A stretch of 52,203 nt of DNA, counting the filler, from Bipalium vagum (taxonomy: Eukaryota), in NCBI GenBank assembly GCA_037834085.1. It is 3 parts of 3 records of this genome, joined end to end, with 100 filler letters (N's around TTAATTAATTAA, not from the genome) between each part and the next. Parts side by side here need not be neighbours in the genome. Positions count along the whole stretch, not along the records: positions 33,902 to 52,203 come from JBBMKC010033441.1; 2 more parts are not named here. The stretch is one strand, 5' to 3'. The translations under genes were made by a program, and so were the position numbers. Of the stretch, positions 36,920-49,899 are shown one piece after another. The notes beneath the pieces were generated by a model. That model saw nothing but the letters and a program-made list of their open reading frames with translations, was not told the DNA's origin and did not search any database. Numbering within the stretch: position 1 is the first letter of the stretch; each line of letters begins with the position of its first letter.

Positions 36920-37150
36920 AAATCTTCTCTTCTTATTCGTTTTAGCACAAATGATCGTACATGTGCTAGAAATCCTTCACAATCATTAGCGGAAATAGAT
37001 TTACTATCAAGGCTGATACAATGATTTAACTCTTCAATAGTATTTGCATATCCTGTTTTGATGTAATATTTCCATTTTGCGAAAACCTCTTCAATATGAT
37101 TTAGTTGTGGTAAGGCGATAGAAAATTCAGCTGGGAATGATGATCTTCTA
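36920..37150 (-). mobile_element. IS630/Tc1-like (DDE_3) transposase C-terminal fragment
   Basis: FLSPY/PQLNHIEEVFAKWKYYIK corresponds to the FLPPYSPxLNPIE motif, with a frameshift. Confidence 0.8.
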
Positions 37151-37988
37151 TTGTTTTTCTGTTTTCAGCTGTTTTGTGGATATTTGCATTTGCCAATTTT
37201 TGGTTTATGGAATATCTTTGTTGGCAAAATTCTCCAAAGATTGCCATTTCAAAAGTTTGTTACCAAAAATTTAAGTATTGTGCAACATAACAAAAAATAT
37301 TGTTTAGATATTATTTGTGTGACTAAATTTCAGATTTTTAAATAATTAACCTGGAATAATAATTAAAATAAATAAACCTGAATATAAAAATAAACATTTT
37401 AATTCTTCAAAAATATTCTCCACTGCCTGTCAATACTTTCTCCATTCCTATTAATAATCAAAATAACTTATATTTTGTAAAAAGGTGCCTATGAAATCAA
37501 CCAAACACCTTACAATCTAGAAAAAAGGTAATTAATTGGCTAAATAGAAATCCACAAATAAGCCATGCAAGAATTGCTCAATTTTTTACAGAAAAATTAA
37601 AGAAAAATATAAGTTTAATACCTATAAAAAATTTCTTAGATTCCGAAGATAAAATATTTGATAAAACAATAATTAAACAGCGATATTTATACGGTGAAAG
37701 TTGCAAGATGTAAATTTTTGCAATGGTATAATTCAATTAAAAATATTATGGAAACAATACTAACCACATCAAATTTATAATGGGAATAAACCCACTCTAT
37801 TTTATAAAATGATGCCATTAAAATGTATTCAATCCAAGATCAGGGATAGAGGGAAAAAATTAAGAGATTGTATCTGGTTATTTATTTACAAATATGGATG
37901 GAAGTCATAAATTAAAACTAAAATTAAATTACTTCTACTAGGTTGTCGGGATATAAGGTCGTCGGTTATAAGAATTACGCAGAAATAT

Positions 37989-38630
37989 CTATTTATCATC
38001 GCACATAACCATTCTTTGCCAAGATATATATATTTCTGTCAACTGGTTTTTGAAGGAGTTGGTTGCAAATTTCAAATTGTTTTTTGCTTGCTTGACTGTC
38101 AATTGATGTGGATCTTGCCTTAGTCGTTTATATTCATAATTCAGGTAAATTAAATATTCATAAACGGTTGGCTTAGGAATAGCAAGTGTTGTCGACAATC
38201 CTCTGCAACTTGAATGTTGTTTATCCTCTAAGGCGACGCTTAATGCCCCTTCATCGAGGTCTGATGGGCGACCAAGTCGCGGTTTGTCATCTGAACAGAT
38301 GTCGTCTTTGTTGAAGTGCTTAAATCAGCTTGCCGCGGTATTTCGATGGACTATACCTATACCTTTAATGTCACCAATTTTTTCAGCTACAGCTTTTGCA
38401 CTTAATCTTTTTTTCAAATAAAAGCGCAATAGCTGTTTTATCTTCATTTATTTCAATCTAGATAAATCTTTTTATAAACTTAAATCTCTAAATTAAAAAT
38501 AATATTACGTTATCTGAAAATCGCGCTTTAAGATAATATATAAAAATTAACAAAACAAAATGTAATTTACCTAATAATATAATGGAAAATTAGTAACTAA
38601 TTATGCAAAAGAACTTTCCGGGGAGCTAAG
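37989..38630 (-). mobile_element. Mariner 5' half
   Basis: TIR-like end at 38630|TA; MKIKQLLRFYL...DDKPRLGRPSDLDE...DPHQLT...RMVMCDDK. Confidence 0.87.
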
Positions 38631-38938
38631 TAATACAAAAAAAACGGATTATAATACAATAAATATCATTTGATTTTAAAAAAGCTGCTTAATTTAATCT
38701 TTTATATATTAGGCAATTTTGTTTATGTAATAACTGTGTCAACTCTGAACTTTATCATTTTAGAGAGTATTTATTTTCAAATAATTAGGTGACATTCAAG
38801 CTTGTTCGTGTATAAAACCATTAACTGTCCCGAGTCTCTTACTTCTATTTCCTTTCCTTTTGCTTTTAATTTTCACTTTCGAGATCTCGTCCGCTGGTTG
38901 GGGTCCTAGTGTGGTTGCCATGTTATTTGAAAATTAAC

Positions 38939-39017
38939 TGGAGATACCGGGATTCAATACCAGTTATGATACCTTTTACATGCGCATGGACTGCTATGAC
39001 TGCTGAGCTTCAACCCC
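38939..39017 (-). pseudogene. Degenerate tRNA-Ala-like sequence (CGC at the anticodon position)
   Basis: The minus strand GGGGTTGAAGCTCAG...TGCGCATGTAAAAGGT...GAATCCCGGTATCTCCA follows eukaryotic tRNA-Ala (GGGG.TGTAGCTCAG...GCATG...CCCGGCATCTCCA, with G3:U70). The T-loop and anticodon stem are broken. Confidence 0.65.
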
Positions 39018-39289
39018 AGGCCAATTCTCAATTCATCTCACATACGCAATGTCAAATTTTATCATGACAAATATCAGGTCGCATCAATTTTATTTATTAT
39101 TGTTATTTAAAAATATATGTCATCAGCATACGTTATGTTATTTCTTAAGTTTTCAAGCTTACATATTTATGATAGTTAAAATGTTATTATAAAATACACT
39201 GGCGTTGTTTGGAAAAATATTTGTTTAAGTAAGTTATTATTGATTATACTGATATGCATGACGCCATAAATTATTTAAATTAACTGACT

Positions 39290-39944
39290 CACTTCAAGAA
39301 ATAATTATTCATATTAGTGACTGTATGCTGTTCCTTTTCAATAAATTAAGAGCATCTATCGAAGTAATCCAATTAATTTTCAAAACCTATGGTCATGTAA
39401 CACTAGCCGAGAGCTCATGTTTCGAATGAATTGATCGGTTTGAAGCGTTGATGTTGATTTAAAGGATAAAGTGCGAGTTGGAAGCGCTTTTTAAAGAAAT
39501 TTCGACTGGCGAGTAGGTTGCATATTAATAAGAGTCTCATATTTCAGCGGTTGCATCAGATGGAGAAAATGGGGAATATAGTAATATTTTTTTTGCAAAA
39601 AATATTTTCCCACTAAACAAAATAAAGAGCTTCGAATTAATAACAATATCAGATCATATGTCACATTAGGAACAAAGGAATCTTAAAATGAGAAATTATA
39701 CTACTCCCTAACATAGTCTTTCCGATGTACACTTTAGTAATTTTGAAGAAGTGCAAGAATTCACTGACAATTCTAATAAATCCAGCAAAAAGATTCTTTA
39801 TCTTGGCATTTATCTTTTGCCTGTAAGATGGAAAAAAGAAGTTAATAATGATTAAAAATATTTTGATTAAATTTACTGCGTTATTTGTTGTATATTAATA
39901 AGAATTCTTTGTCTTAAAACGACGGAAACTTTGCTTACCCCTAA
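39290..39944 (+). mobile_element. Very degenerate mariner with 3' TIR
   Basis: DVDLKDKVRVG; GIYLLPVRWKK; TIR ...GGAAACTTTGCTTACCCCTAA|TA. Confidence 0.75.
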
Positions 39945-41617
39945 TATACATTATATTGCTGACTGTAAATTTGCAACTGTATTTTGATTATTTAAATTTT
40001 ATTTTATTTTATTTATGATATAACACTCAAAATAAATAATATTTTCTTTTTTTGAAAATCAAAACCTAACTAATAAATATAAAAGAAATTATGGAAATAG
40101 ATAATTAGAGTTATCTGCACCTGAAATTCAATATAATGAAAAGCTATAAAAATAATTTTGATGGTTTTTGACCACAGTAAAACATAAGGACGTTAAGCAA
40201 AGAAATATATTCCGCAAAACGAAGGGTTTTTTGCACCAATTTTTACACATAACATGTGAATGATCTATTGACTAAATCAGTTTGACCAATACACCAATCT
40301 AATACATTTCAGTTCATGAACATTGGAGCCTCAAGGGGTTCTTTTCTTATCAAAATGAGAATTATTACAAGTTTATGTATCTCCCATTTACTGGAGTAGG
40401 AAAATTGTACCAGTCTTATATAATTGATTACGGTAATTAGAAATTAATTAATTAACTATTCATATTAATAACAAACTTTACCGGTGTAGATTTATATTGA
40501 GATTAGATAATTTCTCCTTAAAATTCTTCATGAGAAGATTCAATAATTTCATTATTTTAAACAGAAATATGTTGAGGTGCCTGTTAAATCTCTGAATATC
40601 ACATTATTGCCTTTGGGAATTTCTGAAGATAAAACTGAAAGATAATTTATTCATTTTGGGAGAAGTATATTCTTTAGAATTCTTTTTTTATATTTTATTT
40701 ATACTTGTAGACCACATTATATATCTACATTTCAAAATCTTTAATAATTGAACATTATTAAATACAATAAGACGATGGCACATTTTTTAATCAAAAATTT
40801 TTTGAAATTTAACCAAAGTTATTAAAAATTATATTGAAATATTTATTTATTTTATTTTTGTCAAAAAAAATATTTGAAGAAATACATTTACATCACATAT
40901 CAATATATGTAGAAAATGCAATTATTGACTTTGCTCAGATGCAATCAGGCTTCAATAGTGTAAGATGCACAGTTGCCAGGCAACGAACGATCATTTTGGT
41001 CTTTTGCGGGATCCCAACATCCATTAGGAAATTGGTTACATATAAAAATCTCCATTTGCTAAACAAACTCATCAAAGAATCGTCTATAATCATGTGAAGA
41101 AAGAAGATCCTTGAAACATTTGTTATATTAATATAATTTTATGTTTTGAAATGTCATATTTTTCCTTTACTTTGAAGGTAATAAGTTTAAAAAGGCATAA
41201 TTTCATTTATAAAACCATATCAAATAATCATCTAAACATAGGTCATTATTAATACTTTAGGTTTAAAAAATTAATACTTAGTTGCAAAATTAAAAATTTT
41301 ATGAAAATCCAATAAGGTGTTGTATCAGTGTAACCACATTCATTCTCTAAGCTCTACATTGTATCCTATTCATTGGAATGTAAATGATATCTAATTTAGT
41401 TTTCATTTTGCTCCCTAATCCATGTTTTTGCAACCAATCCATGGATTCCTGTATTATCAGTAGATTGGCCTGTGCTGAATAAACTGCCAAAAATAAAGTT
41501 CTTTTGCCAGTTGGAAAGAATGACAAATTGAATATATTCAAAGAGAAAGTTGATGAATTGAATTTTTCAAAATAGTTAAGATATAATTTTTAAAATTAAA
41601 TTAATGTATATAAATTA

Positions 41618-41900
41618 CGTAGGCGAGTCGATAGGCTTCGGGAATGACACACAAACATCATATATGTATTATAATAATTAACATCATTGTTTTTTCGAAG
41701 TGCTCATCGTCATAATCTATAAACTTACATTCTGTCAAACAACTCATTGAAAAATTTATTTCAATCCAAAGTCGATATGTCCAAAACATGTGATTTGAAT
41801 GCTTCTACAGCCTGTTCGGACTAAAACCGCTGCCCACGGAATTTTTTTTATGGTACCAAATATGAAGAAGTCATTTGGTTGCAAATCAGGACATTAAGAT
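41618..41900 (-). mobile_element. Mariner (irritans-like) 3' fragment with TIR
   Basis: PDLQPNDFFIF..IK..RGQRF..EQAVEAFKSHV...EHFEK; TA|CGTAGGCGAGTCGATA end. Confidence 0.85.
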
Positions 41901-41963
41901 CAGGACTATAGATTAATAATACAAGATTTTGAGTCCTTAAAAAATCGAAATGGCATTTATTTA

Positions 41964-43209
41964 TTAGGTGTACAACTATAACTCCGGCTTTTTAATGAGA
42001 AAACTCAGACATTTATTACAAACTTTATTTAAAAACCTTTATTGAAAAGTTGTTCCATTGAAAGCTACAACCCTTGCCCACCTTTCAGGTAACTAATGAA
42101 TTCAATGAAAGAAAATCCAATTTTGGCGGTCTTTGGATCTGAACCTCTGTCCGGAAAGTTCTGATTGCAAAGTACGGAACAAATGGTAATCAGAAGGAGC
42201 GACGTCTGGTGCATAGGGCGGATGAGGTAAGACTTCTCATTTTGTACCTTCTAAGTAATTATTTACAACTGAATTAACGTGTGGACTTGCGTTATCATGT
42301 TGTAAAATTATCTTTTCGTGTCTAGTCATCCATTCCGGTCGGTTTTCATTCAAAGCTTGCTTCAAACGAATTAATTGTGATCGATAAAGTTCACCAGTTA
42401 GTGTTTGAGAAGATTTTAAAAATTTATAATAGATCACTCCTTTCTGATCCAACCAGATACACAACATAACTTTAAAAACGTGGACATTTTGTTTTGGTGT
42501 TGATGGACTGGGTTCACCTGATATCACCAAAGCTGTTTTGCGTTTTGGATTGTCACAACGAATCCATTTTTCGTCTCCTGTGATAATTCGATGCAAAAAA
42601 CTTTTCCTTTTTTGTCTTTGAAGAAGGACATCCAAATTTTTTTTCGCCGTTCAATGCATCTTTCTGTCAATTCATGTTGGATCCAAATTCCTAATTTTCG
42701 AATAATTCTTAAGCTGCCAGACGTTTTGAAATGCATTGTTGACTCACATTTAATGCGACAGCCAGATCAGATTGTGTTTGGCATAGATCTTCGTCCAACA
42801 GCCTTCTCGTATCTCTATCTTCACATTGTTTTTGTGGCTTCCCATGCTTCTTGTCGTTCGTATCATATTGGCCATTTCTAAAACGGCGAAACCAATCTAT
42901 ACATTTGGTCATCGAAGGAGCATGTTCTCTATAGGTATCTCGAAGCAAGCGGTACGTTTCCGCTGCAGTTTTCTTAGCAATAAAGTAATGTAAAATTATT
43001 TCCCGCAAATGTCGTTTTTTTGGAATGAATATTGACATTTTGAATAGCTATAATATTTAAACAAAGAATATTAAAGCAACCGTCTCGTGATATTATTGAT
43101 TATATGATATCTTTGTTTATAAATCAATTCAATATAATTTAGATATATATACAAACAAAATTTTTATTATCATTTTAAAAAAAAGCCACAGTCATAGTTG
43201 TACACCTAA
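41964..43209 (-). mobile_element. Near full-length mariner (mauritiana/Mos1-like), frameshifted transposase pseudogene
   Basis: TIRs TA|TTAGGTGTACAACTAT at both ends, 1246 bp; MSIFIPKKRHLRE..., WIQHEL, FLHRIITGDEKW, QHDNASPH, HPPYAPDVAPSDYHLF (DD34D). Confidence 0.96.
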
Positions 43210-43819
43210 TATTATGTAATCCGTAACTGTTATTATTATATTATTATTAGTATTATCCAATCTGATGAAAGATTAAAAAAATCATCCTTCATACTGTGAT
43301 TCTTAAAATCAAAAAATTAAATATTCAAACACTTGGACTCTCTAATGAAATCGAAATTCCAACTTAAGCATTTAAGCTTACTAAACTTGATCTTTGATTT
43401 TTTGTTTCTGTCAAGGTTAAATTGATACATGTCTACATCCTTTTCATCTTCAAAATTTCTTTGAAATTTGATAATATTATCGAAGATTTCACGTTAATTT
43501 TGTTCACTGACAAATGAGCTAAAGGAACAAAAGATCGCTCATTTCCCTCGCTGTCTTTACCAGGAATTCATATTTTTAAGAAAAGCAATATTTTCTTTAA
43601 AGTTTGTTTTAATTAATGAATTGCTTCGGTTTTTAATTTAAATTGAGCTTAATTGTCTCTCATAACCCGGTTTTCTTTTCTAAAACTTTATCAAAAATTT
43701 TCTCATATTTTTCTTTCATAATAAAAGAAATCTTTTTGAGTGGATTTTTCAAACATTTTACATAGATCTAAAAACTAATATTAATGCTACTCATGATAAT
43801 AATAAGGTTGGTAACCTAA

Positions 43820-44345
43820 AGATAAGTCGGGGATGTTTGTAAAACAAATAAAACAATATAAACAGAACGATTCAGAAAGTGTATTTAACTAAAAATTAGT
43901 ATAAATATGATCTCCAGTAGTTATTGCGACCGAAATGTTTGTTTTACCTCTTTCCCCATTCAAATGTGTCATTAGTTTCTTGGAAGCATCAGTAATGACT
44001 TGACAATTATGTGAACTTTAAGAAATCAAATTTAACTCAATAAAGATGTAACTTCCATAGATAATAATAAAAAATTGGGTGACGTTATGTTAGATTAGGT
44101 ATGTTAAATTTTTACTAATTTATGTTTGAGTGTTTCTTGTTGCATGTGTTCGAACAGAGTCTTGCACTCTTTTACTGGATACTCTATTGATCTATGGTTT
44201 CACAGCCTTCTCCAGTATATTGATATATCTCTCTATGTTGGCCGCAAAGCTTTTTTCGAGAAACTTTGTTCACAGGACGTCACGTGATTCTCACTGCTGG
44301 TATCTGTCATATTTTCAAGTCATAAATTCATGTAACATTTCTCCA
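43820..44345 (-). mobile_element. Second, older maT (DD37D)-like remnant
   Basis: NIERYINILEKAVKP*INRVSSKRVQDSVRTHATRNTQT aligns by eye with the VKxWI..VA..R..QQDSAPxH..TQ block of 29075-30358. Confidence 0.7.
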
Positions 44346-44954
44346 TAATTAATATTATGATAAATTAAATTAGTTAAACAAACTTAGATATTAAGAATTT
44401 TTTTTAGAAAATACGATATTTAATACATGATTAAAGATATTTCCAAATTATTTCGAACACCATGTAATGATAATATAAATAAATTAAAAATATTTATTCA
44501 ATTTAGTTAATTTTAAGCCTCATTTAAAAATCTAAATGTAAACTTTGATATATATTTATTATTTTTAACTTATTAAGCGGACAATAAATTAATCCAACTT
44601 TCCAAAGTTAATCTGAAACAATTGGTTATTAATTATAATTAGTAAAAATTGATCATTAAATCAATTACACCAAGCAGAACAATTAATTATTGACAATGAT
44701 CTGGAAAATATTCAAAATTGTATTTTGCCCTTAAATATTGTTTCCTCTTATAATAAATAATAATAATAATGGTAATATTTTATTAACACAATCTTAATGA
44801 AGTTTGAAGATTACTTGAATAATTTTATTTTCAAAAAATATTTTGTTACAGGGCTACAAGCTGTTTTTTTGTGTTTCTTATTGAGAAATCAGGATTTCTC
44901 AGTTAGAAATAACATTTCGAATTAGACACTTTAAAAAATTTACAATTTTAATCA

Positions 44955-45400
44955 ACAAAGTTAAATTTGTTTTAATGAATGACTATTTCAAAAAAAATAT
45001 TGTCTTTTTTGATAAAATAAAAGTTTAACTTTTATTAATTTCTTTTGATATTTTCTGCTAAAAAAACTATTTTCATTTTTCTCTTTCAGATTTATATTTT
45101 GACAAGATAACGTTAAATTTGTTTTAATGAATGATATTTTTAATACTAAATATTATATTCAGTATTAAAATTAAAACCAAATATAAATAAATTAGTAATT
45201 ATATTTAGTATAATTTTTTTGGTTTTTACTGATATTTTCTGTTACAAAATTATTTCCAGTTTTGTTTTAATGAATGTAATTTTTTCAAAAAATCATTATA
45301 TTCAGTATAAAAAAATTTTTTTTTAGTTTTTATTGATATTTTCTCTTACAAAATTATTTTTTATTTATCCTTCTCAGATTTATATTTTGACAAGACAAAA
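44955..45400. repeat. Degenerate tandem duplication, unit about 150 bp
   Basis: tttgttttaatgaatg occurs three times (about 44966, 45118, 45260); tcagatttatattttgacaaga occurs twice. Confidence 0.75.
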
Positions 45401-45799
45401 TCCGTGATATATTATGAAATATAAAAATTAAGGTTTTCATTAATATAAATATTATTTTTTATTCATTTATCTGTGTTTTGACTTATATAAAATTACTTTA
45501 ATTATAACATTTTTGTTTAAATGCCTTTTCTATATCTTCAGTCTTATTATCGTGTTCTCTCAGATGAACGCTTGATCAAGGAACCATAATTATACTTTAA
45601 TAATTTGGAAATTTTATTAACAATTTTACTGGAAAACTTTTTCCAATTCTTCATTTTATTTCTCATAAAACTATAATTATAATGTACAAATTATAATTTG
45701 CTGATATTTTATATATTTTGACTTTAAACAAAACATTTTGTTTTAATAATTTATACTTTTTTATCATTTCATTTTCTTATTCCAGGTTTATCAAGAAGT

Positions 45800-46230
45800 A
45801 ATACGTACCTTCAATCAACATTTACAGACATAGGAATATTTTGGTGCATAATTTATTTACACTAAATAAATCATAAACGTAAACTTAAACATAATTTCTG
45901 TTGTCTTCCAAAAACAATTGTCATCTTGGAATGCAGCTGGTTAATATTTATTGGGAAAAACCTTGATGGAAATTTTTAAACCATGAGTATAAAGTTCATT
46001 TGAATTTCTCTCTGCTTTATTGTCCTTGAAAAACATTTTTCATTGGACGGAAAAAATAAGTCAAATGGAGGTAAATCTGGACTGTATAGTGGATGACTAC
46101 ATTTTAACCTATGAATACTATTGTCAACAGTGTATTATGGTGATAAAGCTGTAGGGAATCTTAATTTTTCTGTTTCTTCTTTTCCCTGATGTAAGTAATG
46201 ATGTAGCGGCTGTTATGCTGCTGCCTGGTT
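45800..46230 (-). mobile_element. Mariner C-terminal remnant
   Basis: HPLYSPDLPPFDLFF. Confidence 0.75.
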
Positions 46231-46446
46231 CTAGAAATTTAAAAACATATAAATAATCTTTATTTTTAAATAAAAGAACTTAAAGAAACATTGACCAAAT
46301 ACAACGATTTTAAATATGAATAAGGAATTATTTTGATAGATATTATGACACATTCAAAAAATGCCTATAAAAAATATTTCTTAATAACATGGTAAGAATT
46401 TTTGACTGTGTAATACTTTTTCAATCATTTCAGTTATTAATTATTA

Positions 46447-47050
46447 TTAGGTTGTCACATTTGAAATTTCCGAATTTGGAAATCTTTTTAAAAATAATAA
46501 TAATTATTAATAAGTAATTATATTATTATTATTATAAGTAATAATTATTATATAAAATTTATTTATATATCAATTTGAAATCTGAATAAACGTTAGATAA
46601 TATTTGTTTTAATATAAGAATTATTTAAAATAATTTTAGATTGCAGGGAATAAAAAATGAAAAAAAAGTATTGTGAACTATATTTTTATATGAATGGAAA
46701 TTGAAGCGTAATGCAGCAGAAGCCGCCAAAAACATTAATTTTGCATTTGAAGAGGGTTCAGCTAATGAACGAACAATTCGGTGATGGTTTGACAAATTTC
46801 AAAAAGGTGACCTAACCCGGCTCAATGTGGGCAGGAGGCGCTCTGGGTCATACTTAATGACGATGATTTATGATGCGAGGTCGAAATAAATACTAACCGA
46901 TCAGTTGGAAAATGTGGAAAAACGTTGAAGATTAGTTCTTAAACTTTCGCTACATTTGAAAGAAATTGGTAACAAAAAAGAGGGACCAATGGGGTCCTCA
47001 TTTATTGAATAATTCCAAAAAATCGCAAAGAATAAACATTAGCAAAATAA
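46447..47050 (+). mobile_element. Mariner 5' half
   Basis: TA|TTAGGTTGTCACATTTGAAA TIR; FLYEWKLKRNAAEAAKNINFAFEEGSANERTIR*WFDKFQKGD; QWGPHLL. Confidence 0.9.
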
Positions 47051-47760
47051 AAAAATAAATGAAAAAATTTAATATTACATTGAAATCATAAAGCGATAAC
47101 AAATGACTCGATCACGGGACACCCTAAGTAGATTGGACATGGATGATTAGAGCGAAAAGTGTCGTCCATACAATTGCAGATATGGTTTTTGACCAAGATT
47201 TGAAACATGTAAAATAAATGTCAAACAGCTCGTTGAACCAAACACGAAGAGTTAGTACGAATATTATTAGAAATTGTGAAAATTTGAAACAATATCCGCA
47301 GATCAAAAATTTACGGAGGTAAGATTCGGGTCAGGTATATGTTATCACATGGTGGAACACAGAAAGTCTCTAAATTAGATAAAAACTACTTGATTGGGAT
47401 TTTTAATGAAAATTTCAAGAAACGATTAGAGTGTGAAAAACCATGTTAAAAAAACAAGATATTCATAGCAAAAACTAAAAAAAGAAATTCAAAACAAAAG
47501 GAATTTTTGAAATATAAATATTTATTTGTGTTCTTTTAGGAGAAACTATAGGTAGGGACAGATATTGGTGAGATATAATATTCCAAATAATGGTCCTCAT
47601 AAAAAATACTACAAATAGGATTTTCTCAACCAACGGTATACATAACAGTAAAAGTAGAAGAAAAAAATATAAAAATGTTATCTTCATTAATTAATAAATA
47701 ACAAGATTAATTAAATAAAATAATAAAAGAAAGTATATGAAATTTAATTTTTTTGTATTT

Positions 47761-47910
47761 TTAATAATAATACTGATAATAATAATATTAATAATAATAA
47801 TAATAATAATATTAATAATAATAATAATAATAATATTAATAATAATATTAATGTTATTAATACTAATGTTACTAATGTTAATAATATTAATATTAATAAT
47901 ATTATTATTA
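47761..47910. repeat. Imperfect (AAT)n low-complexity tract
   Basis: Seen directly; it explains the poly-Ile ORF. Confidence 0.9.
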
Positions 47911-48872
47911 ACAATAATCCAATCTTTCTTGAGAATAAAATTACAAGATATTATTTAAAATGTCTCCATTAAATCTGCCTAGATTAAGTATTAATTATAT
48001 TGAAGACATTAATAGGATATTAACAATTTTTTTAGAACATGTGCGGTATAGTTATTATGCACAAAGCTCAAAAAAGTCATACTTGCAGAGGTTGTAGGTA
48101 AGCAAGGTCGCTTATGTATTGCTGTTAAAAAGTAACACATAATGGAAGAGAGGCTTAAGAAACAGTTGAACAATGTCAAGGGTATGAATCCGTCGAATCC
48201 AAAGTAGCAGACAATAGATATTGAAGATAAGAATTAGACTCTATGGGTATTAGAAATGGGTTTAAATAAATCTGTCCTGAAAACTTATCTCCATAATTAT
48301 TATTAATAGAAATATATGAAAAACTTCTGAGATTTTATTTATTTTCTTATAAATAATATTAATATATATTTGTGAGATTAAGGTATTGAAATTAAATAAA
48401 AATGGATATTAGAATGAACCCTTTATCACCAGAATACTTTAGTGCCGGAAAAATGTGTAGAATCTGGTACTGTGGGAGATACCCATGTTTATACCTGACA
48501 ATGATAAAATTCTGTATTGAATTATTATCAATCATTTGAATAATTCTAAATGATTGGATTTGTTTAAAATAGGTAAATATTTGAAATAGGAGTTATAAGT
48601 AAAATATGAAGTTTTCACGAAAAGATGATTTAGTCTGATTTTAAAGTTCATCTTATACCGAAACAATATCTAGATTGATTTTCAGAATGAAAAATCAACA
48701 TTTTGTATGTACTTTCTGCTACATATAAAATTAGTTCTCATAATTCCAACTTGGATGCCCGTGCAGAAGGAATATTGTGACAGTTAGGGAGAGCAATCGA
48801 GATCAAGAAATTATTCATATTCAATTCAACAAAGTTCCAAACTGCCTTCCTGTTACAATAAATTAAGAAAAT

Positions 48873-49870
48873 TTAGTATGCGAGCAAAAGCTCTTTTATT
48901 GTGGTTTTTTGAAAAATGATAAAATATAAAAGTGAAAAAATGGAAACTTGCTTGAAATTTTTTATCTTGTTTGGAAAATTAATAGATTGCCAATAATTCC
49001 TTTCTCGTAATACAGTATCTTTTTCCACGAATTCATTGTGTGTGATCCGTATTAGTCTCTCTTTCACATATCATCTTTCTGTGGCAATAATGCTCCAATG
49101 GCCTCAAAACTAGCATCAGTGTCTAAGATAAATGTTCTCTTAATATCTGGGAAAGCTAACACTGGAGATTTTGCTAGAGTTCCTTTTAATTCTTTGATGG
49201 TTACATTTTAGACATCAGTCCAGATAAGTTTTCTTGTACTGTTTTTCAGCTCGTTATATTTATGTTAGCTCCTATATATAGCAGGCATTCCATTTCGTGA
49301 CAATTTATCTAAATAGTCATACTTGGCCTTCGTTTCATCATATTATATTTGATATTTTTTTCTTTAAAGCTGTCCAGCGCAACTTTCTCAATTTCTTCTC
49401 CATTACAAATCTTCTTTAAAATTGTTCAACTTTTCTAGATCTCTATTTTGTTCTTTTTCTTTCTCGTTTACACTACCACTTTCTATATTTACTATCACCT
49501 TTCTGTCGTGCGAAACCATATTCCTACGTTTAGTTCAAGAGTCCGAGCCCACCCTTTTAAGTGTTCATAATACTAGTCTGTAATTCTTTCCCCATTTTCA
49601 TACTCCCTTTCTCTTTCTATTATTTTGAAAAATGCGTCGATTGTTTCTTCTGATAATCCGTACATATCTATCTGGAATCCGCTGCTTCTTCTGCCATAGT
49701 CTATTTTCCTGTTTCTCTCATAATTATTTCTTTGTCTGTCCGTTCTTATTCCTTTCTCACTGGTGTAACAGTCATGTTCATGATGACCATTTTCCTGACA
49801 ACGATTACACCTAACCCTATTAAAATTTCATCTTATATGATCTTCTGAACCACACGCGAAGCATTGTCTT
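48873..49870 (-). mobile_element. Deleted Ty3/Gypsy remnant: gag zinc knuckles and RNase H
   Basis: CFACGSEDH and CNRCQENGHHEHDC (49863-49765); LAKSPVLAFPDIKRTFILDTDASFEAIGALLPQ (about 49185-49080). Confidence 0.9.
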
Positions 49871-49899
49871 CCGTTTTTGATTTGTGCAATTTCTGTTTA

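Noticed and set aside
41300-41420. Alternative genetic code (TAA/TAG read-through) suggested by protein-like frames containing stops
   Set aside because: The 1195-codon host gene has no in-frame TAA or TAG and uses CAA/CAG for Gln; mutational decay explains the stops.
41618-41690. Signal-peptide-like first exon MMLIIII... on the minus strand
   Set aside because: It is the 3' end and TIR of the mariner fragment and contains a stop.
47737-47958. Poly-Ile hydrophobic ORF, and the poly-Tyr ORF at 12928..13200
   Set aside because: Translations of AAT/TAT microsatellites.
47100-48860. Additional Gypsy RT, knuckle and integrase traces on the plus strand
   Set aside because: Plausible, but too eroded to set boundaries or call confidently.
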